A stretch of 60,903 bases of DNA, filler included, from Sphacelaria rigidula (GCA_964200075.2; 8 parts of 8 records of this genome joined end to end with filler, not necessarily neighbours in it), one strand, 5' to 3'. Counted from the first letter of the whole stretch, positions 1-11,858 are shown. Numbers and translations: made by a program. Notes: generated by a model from the letters alone, not told the origin.

Positions 1-119
1 TATTGCAGAAAGCATGTTGGGCCTCGGGGAAGTGCATTTCGGAACTGAAACGACTCATTCACTGATTGACCGATTTTCACTCTCAATCGTATCATCTACA
101 CTCTCAATCTCACGAAAAC

Positions 120-646
120 ACTGTTAACTGTAGTGCAACGCGCTTCGGAAATTCGAGCCGTATCTGTTTAATTTAAAAGCCGCGGCAGCTGTAGTTTGAA
201 TATCCCTTCTGACGGTCCCAAACGGCTGCTGATGCAGCGACAGAAAGCGCTGGCACCGTCATCCTCAGATGGGATATGAGACAACCTCAGGGTTAGGATT
301 AGACCCCAGGGGAAGTCCAGAAATAACGGGTTGTTTTCTTGGAAAGCAGTCGCTCATTGTTGAACAGGTGTAAAGTGTTCGAGTGAGAAAATTTCGGTTT
401 TGAACGGGGGGAAATGTACTTGCGATACCCCTGAATACTGTTCTACATCATTCATTCCGAGTGATGTCCACCAAATACCCTCACAGTTGTCTCAAATCGC
501 ATCTTAGGGGAGGGTATCAGCGCTTTCCGTCGCTGCATCAGCACCCGTTTGGGACCGTCAGAAGGGATATTCAAACTACAGCTGCCGTGGCTTTTGAATT
601 AAACAGATACGGCTCGAATTTCCGAAGCGCGTTGCACTACAACAGT
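120..646. mobile_element. Foldback/MITE-like element with long imperfect inverted arms (~120-293 and ~477-646)
   Basis: TGTAGTGCAACGCGCTTCGGAAATTCGAGCCGTATCTGTTTAA... at 129 is the reverse complement of ...TTAAACAGATACGGCTCGAATTTCCGAAGCGCGTTGCACTACA ending at 641; pairing continues for ~165 bp; no credible coding capacity. Confidence 0.8.
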
Positions 647-1339
647 AGTGTTGTTCAACAGCTCTACCGCGAAACCGGTTCTCAACACAGCCACGGTGGA
701 GGTGGCCATACAAGGCGTGATAGCTGGTTCAGACTAGAGGAAGCACCTCGCATGGACACTACTGGCGAAACAACCCCAGACGTCGGACTAACCCTTACCC
801 CCGTCTTGTATGTGTCTGCGGCTTTATCGTGGGGCACCCATTTGATCCAACTGACCACTGTACTGTGGTTATGCTGTGCTGTGGTGATGGTATATCTCAG
901 TAGACTTCTGAATGACGCTGCGTTTCGAATATCGTTGGCGTCTGCCACCGCTTTGGATCGCTTCGCTGACGGCGGTCGTCGCCGTTGCAACAGTATGACG
1001 TCTCTCTCAGATACCCAACAAGAGGCGCTGGAAAACTCGATGACTAATCCAAAGAAGTATGTTTCCAGCATGCTTTGTTACGTGTTCCGCAGCGCTTACA
1101 CGCAAGGGTTGCTCGATAGATGCGGCACGATGAATGAAGGCGGCTTTTCGGTTGGACTACACACCATCATGCTTTCGCTCCAGTGCAGAAACTTCTGGGT
1201 GAGGGGCACATGGTCGAAACCGCTTGCGACTCCCGAGCCTTTTGAACAAAGTAAATGAACTTTCGATGGTCCGTTAAACCTCAATAAAATATTGAACCTC
1301 AAAAACGATTCCAGGCTGTTATTTGGTGTGGATGCGATG

Positions 1340-1547
1340 ATTTTAATTCTGCGGGTTTTCATCCACAACAAAAGATCCATCCCCAATTTGTAAAAAGCCG
1401 TGTTCATTCCAGAGTGCAAATATCTGAGGATCAGAGTGCAGAATAAAGAAAAAAATCTCATAAAAAGTTAAGGGAATACCACATTTCATGGAGGGGGAGA
1501 TCATTTTTCGTTCAAGTCTGATCCTGAGATATTTGCACTCTGAAATG
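1340..1547. repeat. Foldback repeat-family fragment, the target site of the gypsy insertion
   Basis: CATTCCAGAGTGCAAATATCTGAGGATCAGA (~1405-1435) pairs with TCTGATCCTGAGATATTTGCACTCTGAAATG (~1518-1547); AGATCCATCCCCAATTTGTAA..CCGTGTT (~1372-1404) resembles the arm of the foldback at 36738-36770. Confidence 0.6.
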
Positions 1548-1795
1548 TGTGACGAGAATACGCCGTTACGTTGAGTTGGTAGTGATGATATGGATATTGA
1601 CCATTGGTAGTGACGATCTGGATAATGACCGGTGACACTAGGTTGATACCCTGATGTGTCTAGGTGGGTGCCTTGGAAGGTCACTCCTGAATAATGAGAA
1701 TGTTGTCAAGGCTGACAACTGAAAGTGAGGCCAGTAAGACTGGGGAGTCCCTCAACAGCAGTGATCCAGCAGTCCTTCCACTGACTGGCGTCACA
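1548..1795 (+). repeat. 5' LTR (248 bp)
   Basis: Starts TGTGACG and ends CGTCACA; matches 7159-7378 apart from ~10 substitutions and one 28-bp tandem unit. Confidence 0.95.
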
Positions 1796-2081
1796 ATATC
1801 GATATTAGTGCTAGTGTAAGTGCTAGAAACTTGCTCGAAAGGAATTCGGCGGAAGGAGTCTGGTAGCTGTAAAAATCTGATAACCCACGGACGCGTGGAG
1901 AGGGTTCCAGTTGGGGAGGCTACAGAAACGCGGCTGGCCTGTGATTGATCCAGATTGGAGACTTGCTGAAGCTGCGTGCAGCGGGAGTTTGGAGGCTCCT
2001 GTGTTTGTGTGGTGCGGCGACGAAGCAAGGAAAGTGCGATTCGCGAAGGTCCGCTGGCCTGCAAAGGTTCGCAGATAGCCG

Positions 2082-3835
2082 GTGACAGCTACAGCTATGG
2101 CTACCGGCTCACGAGGTACGTCCACCGTGACACCCGTGGTCATGCGGGAAGAATTGCAACCTCCCCAATATGGGGACAGGTACCCAGAGAGTGCATCTCG
2201 CACTTTTTACACGAGGTATTTGGAATACAAGAGACGTGTGGAGCCCACTAATGCAGGGGGTGCCATGCGGCATCAGGTGGTGACAATGGCTCAACAAGTG
2301 CCAACTCATGTACGGAGAGTGTTCGCTCGCTTGGAACATAATGAGAGCACTATCACCTCGCCACAGTTGGTTGCGGCGATCAAAAAGCATGCAGGGCATG
2401 CGGTGGGCGCCGACGTAGATCTAACCCAAGCGTCCGCGGCCGTGGCAAAAGCTGTCGCCATGGATTCTCGGGAGAAAACAATGTTGGAGCGGGTGGAGCC
2501 CATCTTGGCCAATTTGGGGAAGTACTTCATGGAAAATCCGAACGAAGAACTTGTATATCGTTCCCCGATGGTGAGTTCATTTCCGGCCCGGCAGCAGTAA
2601 TCACGAAGGCTTTGGTGGAGGGTTTGGTACCGGAAAATTTCAAGCAAGCCGTGCTTGTCAATCTGCAGCACCAAACAGACTGGAAGGCCGACCCGTACCT
2701 GGTGATGAGCACCGTCGTGGCAGAGCCCAGGGATTGGCGGAAAATAGAGGTGTTCGGCCAGTCGTCCACCTCCTCCCCGAAATCTTTGCGCAACCATGGC
2801 TCGAAATCGGCCGGTCGCGCCGCGAGTATTACTTGCCACCGCTGTGGCCAGGTCGGCCATTACGCGCGCGATTGCCCAACGTCTTCCAGTGGAGAGTCTG
2901 GGCAGCCTAGTGCCGCGCGCCATCACCATCGTCAGCACAAGGGCAAGAGACGAGGTAATCGTGGTGGCGGCGACGGATCCTCCGGCGATGGAGGGTCGCA
3001 GGAGAGCCCTCAGCAGCAGGAGAACCAGCAGCAGCAGGGGCAGCGGCGTCAGCATGGGCCTGGCTCTGGGTCCGGCGCCGCCGTAGGTGCTGCTACTCCG
3101 CAACGGGCGGTGCAGGTGGACTCGACTCCTACGGAGTCGGACACTGCGCTGGCGCCGGCGGTGGCACCGGCGGCGACATCGGCAGCGGCGCCAGGCGCGA
3201 CGCCTGTTGACGCGCTGGTCGGAGGTTCGCCAAATTCCGGGATTGCTGGCTGGGGGGCATACCCGCCGGCGGTGCCGTTTGAACTTGCCGGGGTGTCTTC
3301 GACTGCGCAGCTTGCGCAGCCGTGGCGTCAAGTGGGATTAGCGGCGCGTAGTTCAGCGGAAGAAGTTCCCGTGGAGGTTGCCGACAGATACATTCCGGCG
3401 GAGTTATGTTCTCCGAATCAACGGCAGCGTGGAGCCATCGTGGTTCGGTCTGTGTTGGATTCTGGCGCCCATTTTACTAGCCTGTCGGTGCAGATGGTTC
3501 AGATGCTGAAGCGTCAACTCCCGAGTGTGCCGCTGCGCATCCCGTTTGCGCTCGGGGCGTGGCAGGCAGTCACCGCGTCGGGTCAGTATGTTTCAGTCAC
3601 GGAGCGTACTGTTCCGTTGGAGCTAGCCGTCAAGACTGCTTGGGGGCTGGCGCCGTTGCCTCCGATCTCGTTTGCGATTATGCCAGGGTCGGATGACGTG
3701 GTTCTTCTGGGGCTGTTGACGCTACAGGATCTAGGAGTCGACCCGTACGAGCGGTTGAAGGATTCCATCAAGACGCGGTGCCTCCGCCTGGTCCACACGT
3801 GGAGACGCCCGCCTTTTGGGGCAATCGTCGCGTGA
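2082..3835 (+). pseudogene. gag: gag plus aspartic protease of the gypsy element (frameshift near 2560)
   Basis: CCHC zinc knuckle CHRCGQVGHYARDC and protease motif VLDSGA in ORF 2612-3835; ORF 2082-2600 joins it through a frameshift. Confidence 0.9.
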
Positions 3836-6800
3836 GCTTGTCGGTGGATGCTTTTCAGGAGGCTGGGGGACAGGTGACCGAGGAGCGGGATGCGGCGGTG
3901 GAACGCGTAGTAGAGCGTGACCCGGACATGTTCATGGACCCGGCGGAAGAGGAGTCCGCTCGAAAGGTCGCGCTGGAGGAGAGCGTGACGGATTCTATGG
4001 CAAAAGGCCTCAGCGTCCCCAAAGCAGAATGCCTGCGCGGCATTTTGCATCGCCGCGTCAACGCGTTTCGTCGTGCGCTGCGGGGTGATCCCCCTGCGCA
4101 CGTGGAGCCCATGCGTGTTCAGCTGAAACCTGGGGCATCTGTGGTGAAGGCAAAGCCGCGGCGGTACGATGCGGTGAAGTCGAGCTGGTTGACGTTGTGC
4201 ATGGCGACTCTCTTGGCGCTTGGGTTGATAGTCCGGAACCTGCAGGCGGTATGCTCCAGTCCGGCGATGGCGGTTTCCAAGAAAGACTCGTTTCGCCTGG
4301 TAAGCGACTACGAGGCCGTGGGTGATCAGGTTGAGAAGTCGCCGGGTGTGATGCCCAATCAAGAGGCGGACATGCCTGATCTCTTGAGTGCTCGTTCTTT
4401 GGCAAGTTGGCCCTCTTCCTAGGTTATTGGTAGATGCCGTCGGCGGAGGAGGTGCAGGAGATTTTCACAATCACGACCCCGTTAGGCTTGTTTACCCCGA
4501 AACAAGTGCCGCAAGGCGTATTGAGTACCACGGCATATGTTCAAGGTATCATGACAGAATTGCTTGTCGGCTTGAAATGCAAGATATGGGTGGATGATGT
4601 GTTTTTTTTGCGAACACGGAAGACGAACTTCTAGATACTCTTGATGCTATCTTGGCCGGTTTAGAGAATGTTGGTTTGTTTGCGGCGGCGCACGAATGAA
4701 CTTTCTTCGCTAGTGAACTCGTATGGTGTGGGAAAGTGTACTCACACAGACGCGTATCCCATGACACCGTCAGATTGCCAGGCTTGTCTGACATGCGGCG
4801 CCCGAAGACGGCCGCAGAACTCATGCAATTCCTGCAGGCCGTGAATTGGCTGCGTAACCGTAGCTCCCTTGCGTGTTTTCCTCGAAGAACTCATGGCGGG
4901 TGCTGCGAGGCGGACGGAGCGTGTTGCGAAAAACCGCGCTATTCCACCTGCATCGTGGACGGAGGGTAGGTTGCAGGCGTGGGCGGCAGCGAAGGATCTG
5001 GTAGCTCACGCCGTGACGCTGTTCCATCCTCGTCCTGATCGTCAGGGGCTAATGTTTCCGGGTGCATCTGAGTGTTATTGGGGTAGTTTCGTTACGCAGG
5101 TGCCTAAAGCGGAAATGCAAAGACGTCTGCCGATTAAGGGCATGACGCATGAACCGCTGGCTTTCCTCCGTGGTGATTTTCAGGGTTCGCAGTTGCGTTG
5201 GGACACAACTGATGAGGAAGGTTTTGCTATCGTAAGCACTTTTCGTCGTTTGAAGCATCTGTTGTGGGATGGCGTGCACATTTTCACAGATCACCGAAAT
5301 CCTTCTTGTATGTTTTCAACCCGGAAGTGTGCGTTACCTCTGTGTCGAAAGCATTGGCACAACGTTTGGAGGGTTGGAAAGCTGTTCTTGGCCAGTACCG
5401 TTACTCGATTTGCCATAGTTCGGGTAACCGTAACGCGTGGGATGACTTGCTTTCGCGTTGGGTAAATATTCCGGCTTTGCCTGTGCGCGCTGTGGCCATG
5501 CATGGTCCGTGTAAACCTGATGACTCGATACCGTCCAAATCTGTTGTCCGCCAAGCGCAGTGAAAAGACCTTAAATCCGAAGATGCGGATGTGCAATCTT
5601 TCGAGTCGAACGTTATTACTGCTATCTTGAACGATGAAGGTTTATTTCGTGTGCATGTGCGCGGCCGAAACGTTTTGTGGATTCCGAGTTTTGACAAGCA
5701 GTTGCACGTACGTCTGATGATTTTCGCGCACATGCGCGACGCCAGGCATCGTGGTGTGGCTGCGACGCTCGTGCGCTTGCAAGAGTTTTGAGTCTGGCAG
5801 GGGATAGAAACTAATGTGCGCGAATTTGTCCGCCAGTGTCTTCACTGCGCTGACTCGAGGACGGGCGATGTTGTTCCCCGCCCGCTCGGCAAAATGGTTC
5901 ATGGGACCACGCCGAATGAAGTCGTTCATTTCGACTTCTTGGACGTGGACGAGAGTGGCCTGCTAGCTTCCCAACGGTTGTCGGAGGATACTGGGTTTCG
6001 ATACATTTTGGTAATCATGGATTATTTGAGCAACTTTGTGGCTCTGGAACCAGTGGCAGTGTGTACTGCCGAATCGACCGCTGCATCTTTGCTGAATTGG
6101 TGCAAACCTTTGGGGGTGCCGCGTGTGTGGGTGAGTGATACCGCCACGCATTTCAAAATTGCGATCTTGGCCCGACTGCGAGAGACTTTGCGCGTTGATC
6201 ACCAGTTTGCGGTGGCGTATTCATCGTGGTCTAACGGTGCGTGCGAACGCATGGTGAAGGAAGTAGTTCGTGCTCTTCGCCCTATTCTTCTCGAGCAGCG
6301 TAGAGCAGTTTCCGAGTGGGTGGGCGTGTTGCCGGCAGTGCAATGAGCGCTTAAGAGAGCGAATCGTCATCGCTACGATAGTACGCCGTACCACGTGATG
6401 TTTGGTCGTGCCCCTCGGACGCCTTTCTCGGTGCTGGCGTCTTCGTTGGCGGGGGAATGGAAGCGTGATGATCTGGACGATGTTCAAATTAAGAGTGCAT
6501 TGCAAGGAGTCTTGAACTTGCAAGAACGTTTCCACGTTCAAGTGCAGGAACGTGTGGCCGCTGAACTTGCGCGTAGACGTGAGGGGTCTTCGTCGGTGCT
6601 GGAATTGCCGAATTCTGAGGTAGGCGACTATGTCTTGTATGCACGCGTCCGTCGTCCGGGTGTTACGACCAAGTTGATGGCGACGTGGACTGATCCATGG
6701 AGGGTGGTTGGTGCTCACCACCCCCACGTGTTTGAGATTCAGAGCATTGTTTCGAGTCGTGTTCAGACCGCCCATGTAGCTCATTTACGTTTTTATGCAG

Positions 6801-7084
6801 ACTTGCAGCCTAATGTTACGGCTGACGTTCAGGACGTGTTCCAGCATGCCTTTATCCAGGGGCAATTTCAGATGGCTGGTATTGTCCGAGTGGCAGAAGC
6901 AGATGATCGTTCGTTGATCGTGTTGGTCGACTGGGTTGGTTTCGAAGTCGAGGAGCGTACGTGGGAGTCTTTCAAGGACATTTTTGAGGCCGCTCCGGAA
7001 TTTCTTACGAAGGAGGTGCGTAAATTGCGCGACACTCGTGCCGTTGCTGCTCGCATTACAAGTGAGCTTGGTTTTAAATTGTGA
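3778..7084 (+). pseudogene. pol: pol: reverse transcriptase, RNase H, integrase and C-terminal chromodomain, broken by frameshifts and stops
   Basis: RT FRLVSDY, VPQGV and KIWVDD (WVDD at 4587-4598); RNase H EPLAFL..GSQLRW..EGFAIV..IFTDHRN; integrase H..H..CLHC, VHFDFL, WVSDTATHF, NGACERM; chromodomain VLVDWVGFEVEERTWES near the end of ORF 6395-7084. Confidence 0.93.
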
Positions 7085-7158
7085 CTTACTCATCGTTTTG
7101 GCGTGTTCTATGTGTCAAGCTTGTTGATCGATATTCGTCCAACGCGCCTCGGGGGTGC

Positions 7159-7378
7159 TGTGACGAAAATACGTCGTTACGTTGAGTTGGTAGTGATGAT
7201 ATGGATAATGACCGGGGACACTAGGTTGATACCCTGATGTGTCCAGGTGGGTGCCTTGGAAGGTCACTCCTGAATAATGAGAATGATGTAAAGGCTGACA
7301 ACTGAAAGTGAGGCCAGTAAGACTGGGGAGTCCCTCAACAGCAGTGATCCAGCAGTTCTTCCTCTAGCTGGCGTCACA
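7159..7378 (+). repeat. 3' LTR (220 bp), preceded by a short G-rich PPT-like tract (7151-7158)
   Basis: Direct repeat of 1548-1795, followed by TSD AATG. Confidence 0.95.
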
Positions 7379-7526
7379 AATGACAAAAAAAACTTTTCCG
7401 AAAATCTCTAATGAGTTTTTTTTTTTGCTTTATTTTCTGGTATCGCCACTTCCTCCAGAGACAGCCACGGCGATAATCCCCATTGTACCACGGGTACACG
7501 AAAAAGAAATCCCGCACACCCACGTA

Positions 7527-7626
7527 NNNNNNNNNNNNNNNNNNNNNNNNNNNNNNNNNNNNNNNNNNNNTTAATTAATTAANNNNNNNNNNNNNNNNNN
7601 NNNNNNNNNNNNNNNNNNNNNNNNNN
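7527..7626. other. Artificial 100-bp contig spacer N44-TTAATTAATTAA-N44; also at 15153-15252, 22779-22878, 30404-30503, 38029-38128, 45654-45753 and 53279-53378
   Basis: Identical structure with stop codons in all six frames; the pieces between spacers are 7526 or 7525 bp in descending order. Confidence 0.97.
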
Positions 7627-9044
7627 AGGATGGCTGACACACTTATGAGCCTCTTTTTTCGTGCAACCAAATACCCCCCCCGCTATCGTAGGATGACTCT
7701 CGCGGTTCTTGATATATGTGCGGTGGAAGGAATATCAATTTGTATGTAGGCCCAGCTTGCTTTTGGTGTCAAACCTTGACCCACGAACGCCCAAGCGGCC
7801 TATTCGGGGGTGGTTACTAGAGGATGTGGTCGACGTCACGGGATATCACCAAGGCGCAAAACCTGTGGAAAATACATACCACATGGTGCCACTCCACGCA
7901 TTCCGTCCTTGCTCACGGTTAAGGGCACAATGGTTGCTAGGTGAAAGCATGTTGTCGGTGGATCATTGAATTCAGCGCAAAAATCAAAAGCTGAAACATC
8001 ATAGAACACGGATACCAAAGCAAGCAGCACCATCCCATCTATTTTGAAGAATTTTCCACATGGGGCCAATGACCACGAATGGATGCAGCCGATGTTATTG
8101 TCTGATCCAGTGCATGTTGAGGCTTTGTCAACACACCCGACGACTACACATGTGACCGGATTCAAGAGTCGGTTTAGAGTCATGCTACGGTAGGGTTGCA
8201 CAAAATATTTTTTGAGGATTGAGTTGTTAGGAGTCCTTCATCTCATCCAAATAACTACGTATGGAATATATGAAAGCACGCCACGACCAGCATTCCAATG
8301 GGCTAGGAATATCTCGAACGGATCTCAGATCGGGATTGTCCTGATCCACGTTCCTGTGCGGCTCCTAACTTCAGGAGCCCCTCGAAGAGAAACATTTGGG
8401 CCTAGATGTGCAACCCCTACCGTGGCGTGACTCTTAGCGCGAGGGGGTTGAGTTGTACCATGGCCAGCAGATGATCACCATGGAGATGCAGTACGTGCCT
8501 ACGGGGGAAAAGGGCTGAGAAACGTGGATAGACGATTTAGGCAAGTTGGTGGATCGGAAACAGGCACTTCCACTTTTCGTTACACATTTTCAACACCTCC
8601 TCTTCCTCGGGACGAGTCCGTGGTCTCGAGGCATTGACTTATATCTCCGCCCATACTTTCTTGGCATTTCGGTATCGCCGAATGGATCAGCACTCCCGTA
8701 CCGTGTCGACTGTCGTCAAACAAACTCAGGCGAGCAGGCTCTTTTTGCCACCCATGTAGGTCCTCTCGGTTTCGATGGGGGAAGTCAGATACTGTTAAGG
8801 GAAAAAGCCAAACTAAATAGACACATCTGGCGGGAATCGTACCTGCGCTTCACCCGCTCTAACAACGTCACTTGTACCAGTAGACTACCTGGGCGTGGCT
8901 TTATATTGAGTAGTGAAAAACGTGCATTGGCCTGCCTCAGTGTGGAAGTACTCGAAAGGCAACGCCTCAGGTGGCGACAGTAGGTCTCCCCCGCACGTGT
9001 GACTGCGTTCCTCCCGAGCACACGTTTATTTTCGCGTTGACACA

Positions 9045-9409
9045 GTGGTGATTTCCCGCACGTATACAGATCGAGAGATCCATGGCGGGACAAGATAGTC
9101 GAGGTCCAGGGGTATCTCGAAGAGGAACGAGATCTCACTCGATATCAACCGCCTGAAGTACCGGTTGTCGACAACAGCGACAACACAAGGGTTGTGTTGC
9201 TCACCACCACGGAGTTGTACTTGAGGCACCGAAACATTGAGAGGCAACAGCGCCGGGATGGCGCTGTTGGTCGCGTTAGCGCTGATGCCTTACGAGGTGC
9301 CAATTTCCGCATCTCCAAGCGCTACCGTTGCTTAGCTGATCCGCAGGGTCAAGTGCAAGGCAGGATGGGGTTCAAGTACGAGGCCGACGACTTGGTGGAG
9401 GGCACAAGG
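9045..9409 (+). CDS. Exon of a protein-kinase-like gene (N-terminal region plus degenerate Gly-rich loop)
   Basis: Acceptor TTGACACAG, donor AGG|GTGAGC; ends RYRCLADPQGQVQGRMGFKYEADDLVEGTR (subdomain I-like) and joins the next exon in phase 0; the 5' boundary is less certain. Confidence 0.6.
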
Positions 9410-10204
9410 GTGAGCATGCATGCTCGGAACACACGTTGCGCTGTTGTTGCAAAGTTTACCGCGTTTAATGCGCACACTTACTTGCTCGTCATCACGGCCT
9501 TTCATTGGACGTTTGACTCTGGTCAAGTTGAGATGAGTTGCTTTCCTCCGTAACAGCAAAAAACACGCTCGTCAGAAGCAGCTTGCATTTTTGCCGTACA
9601 CAGTACTGTATCCGTATCTCGCCCCCCTGTTGGCGGGTTTCGAAGACGCGGGTTTTTGGTCGCTCGGCGCTTCCGCGCTGCCCTACTTCAAAGAATCACT
9701 GTTCGCATCCTGAAAATGCGTGACTGACGCTAGTGAATGATGTTTTCTCGTGTCTTGTGTGTGTATATACTGTGCAATCGAAGGAAAAATACAACGGGGG
9801 CCTCATAACGCGTTAGATAAAGAGAAACCGGTGCCGATGTTGCGTCCGCTCCTCGCAATGAAATTCAAACACCCCCACAAACAATTTGGTGCCGTCCGAA
9901 CGTTGTCGTGCAATACCACGATGTTGTTTGTGTGTGCATCTATCGTCAATATTCATTCCTTGTTCGATTAGAAAACGACCATGGGATGGCAGATTTGCGT
10001 ACAGGTGGCGATTAACATGACGGCGGGGAGACATTCAGGGAAGGGAGCTGTACTGTGTTGTAGATACAGCGCGTTGTTCCTCGTAGCGCGTTCCGCGTGT
10101 CGATGGCGCCCGAAAACTCGGAACATGCCAAAGCGAGAGCCTCCATCAACGAAGCACTGACGAGCAACAACAACTACGTACCCGGGCTCTCGATCACCGA
10201 TCAG

Positions 10205-10594
10205 GTAGCTGTCCATTTTTTTCACAAAAACAGCGAGGAAGCCGCGGCAGATCGAATGACGTCCGAGCTAGCGGCCTGCCTTCGGGTACACCGCGGCCTT
10301 CACGCTTCCTGTGTCGTCGACGACGAAGACTTGCGTCATATCGTCAGGCTCCGCGATGTGCTCGTCTGTGCCCCGATACTGGACGATGCTGTCTACCCAG
10401 CTCAGCCGTCTTCCGGGGACCCCATGTTCAGAGCTACAGTGATGGTGTTCGACTGGAATGACGGCGGAGACGCGCACACCTTCATGCTTAACCGAGGAGG
10501 TGTGGACCAAGTCCGGGCCGTGGGTGTGTTTCGACATCTTCTTCGCGGACTGCGCGCGCTTCACCGGAGGGGGATCGTTCATAGGAATATTAAG
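10205..10594 (+). CDS. Exon of a protein-kinase-like gene (subdomains II-VIb)
   Basis: GATCAG|GTA acceptor, AAG|GTGCGC donor; VAVH..SELAACL..RHIVRLRDV..FRHLLRGLRALHRRGIVHRNIK; an in-frame alternative acceptor exists at 10064. Confidence 0.8.
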
Positions 10595-11270
10595 GTGCGC
10601 GTTGTTCTCGTGGGGGACAACATCAGGCCAGCACACGGAAAGTATCGCTTGTTGTTGTCAGGTCCTGCTTTTTCTTTTTGAGGTGATCGGCAGGCATATG
10701 GTTTTCTGCTGCTTTCGGTACAAGGTACTCCGATGTATTGTTTATATTCATATTGCTGGGGTATATGGTAGATCAAACGCACAGGCTTCGAGCAAAACAC
10801 AATACGCAAAAGGATCTCACGGATCAATCCGGGTATACGGCCTCTCCGCTGCCGCACATAACCTCCGGATCCTTACCTTTTTTTGGCCGTGGCTGGCGCC
10901 CTCGAAGAATAACCACCAACGTATGCCCCGATTCATGACTGGGATTGAGCTGGTGATTGCGAGACTGAATCCGCGAGGGTGGCGGAATGAATCATGAGCT
11001 ATTGCGCGTCGCGAGGAAACGCAGCACGCAGCTACGCCGATCGCTGCGGCCTGTTACTATCAAAGCAAGAGATACTCCCGGTTGAAATCAGTGCAAGGGG
11101 GCCACCGGTTGACGAAGTTCTAATTCACGTGACTCCTTTTCCTCGAGGATTTGTACGGTGCGGCGACATACAAAACGTGAGTTATGCCTCCGCCCTTCGC
11201 CCCATCCCGCACCCCCCGACTCTCGAATTATCCCCATAATGTTGCTATCTTATCGGTTCACAACAAATAG

Positions 11271-11858
11271 CCCGAGAATATTCTCCTTGACCGAGCGACC
11301 GGAAGGGCCTGCCTGTGCGACCTCGGCTCCGCCAAGCACGTGGCGTCTGTACTCCCCGCCGACCTCACCAACGATCCCACCTCCTGCTACCAATCCCCCG
11401 AGCGATGGCTTGCCTGCCGTGGCGCCTCCGCCAGGGCCGCACGCAACAGAACAGGCGTGGCTCGTCGAGACGAGTCCGCCGATTGTCTCTACGCTGGCGA
11501 TGTCTTCAGCGCAGGCGTAACCCTGCTGATGTTGGTGGCACATGATGCCATCGTATCGCGGATGATCACAGAGATGTGGTGCGCTAATGTGGAGGAAGGC
11601 GACGAGCACACAGTGCCGGCGATGAACGTATTTCAGCGAGGGGCAGGCGGCGCGGTGTTCGGGTTGCTGCGTGCAGAGCTGCGGACACAGGAGCAGTTGT
11701 GGTCGTACTGGGGGGCGTACGGGTTGCGGCTGTCCCCGGCCCTTCGAGGTTTGTTAGATGGGGTGTTGCACCCTTTGCCTGCATTTCGCTTTTCCTTGAG
11801 CCAGGCTTTCGAGTGGATGGACGCACACCCTGACCTCTTTCGAGACGCGGCTAGGTAG
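11271..11858 (+). CDS. Terminal exon of a protein-kinase-like gene (subdomains VIb-XI)
   Basis: AAATAG acceptor; PENILLDRATGRACLCDLGSAK..YQSPERW..DVFSAGVTL..LSPALRGLLDGVLHPLPAFRFS..stop; splices in frame to give HRNIKPENILL. Confidence 0.88.
   Translation, partial: PENILLDRATGRACLCDLGSAKHVASVLPADLTNDPTSCYQSPERWLACRGASARAARNRTGVARRDESADCLYAGDVFSAGVTLLMLVAHDAIVSRMITEMWCANVEEGDEHTVPAMNVFQRGAGGAVFGLLRAELRTQEQLWSYWGAYGLRLSPALRGLLDGVLHPLPAFRFSLSQAFEWMDAHPDLFRDAAR

Larger units (their letters stand above)
1548..7378 (+). mobile_element. Full-length, degenerate Ty3/gypsy LTR retrotransposon with chromodomain (chromovirus-like)
   Basis: Paired LTRs TGTGAC...GTCACA, 4-bp TSD AATG (1544-1547 and 7379-7382), domain order gag-PR-RT-RH-INT-chromo. 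Confidence 0.96.

Noticed and set aside
461..1258. 265-aa ORF
   Set aside because: Its N-terminus is the arm of a foldback repeat and I recognise no domain; a small exon around 900-1057 cannot be excluded
2306..3331. 341-aa antisense ORF in gypsy gag
   Set aside because: Shadow frame of GC-rich coding sequence; no motifs
7571..7582. TTAATTAATTAA motif recurring every ~7.6 kb
   Set aside because: Synthetic six-frame stop spacer inside the N runs
7627..8983. Further 5' exons of the pseudokinase gene
   Set aside because: Several open stretches with AG/GT boundaries exist (e.g. ~8004-8189, ~8730-8970), but I could not establish a consistent phase chain or homology
10005..10016. CAG|GTGGCGATTAAC (VAIN) as kinase subdomain II
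   Set aside because: Out of frame with the downstream kinase exon; VAVH at 10205 fits the frame and the spacing to the alphaC Glu
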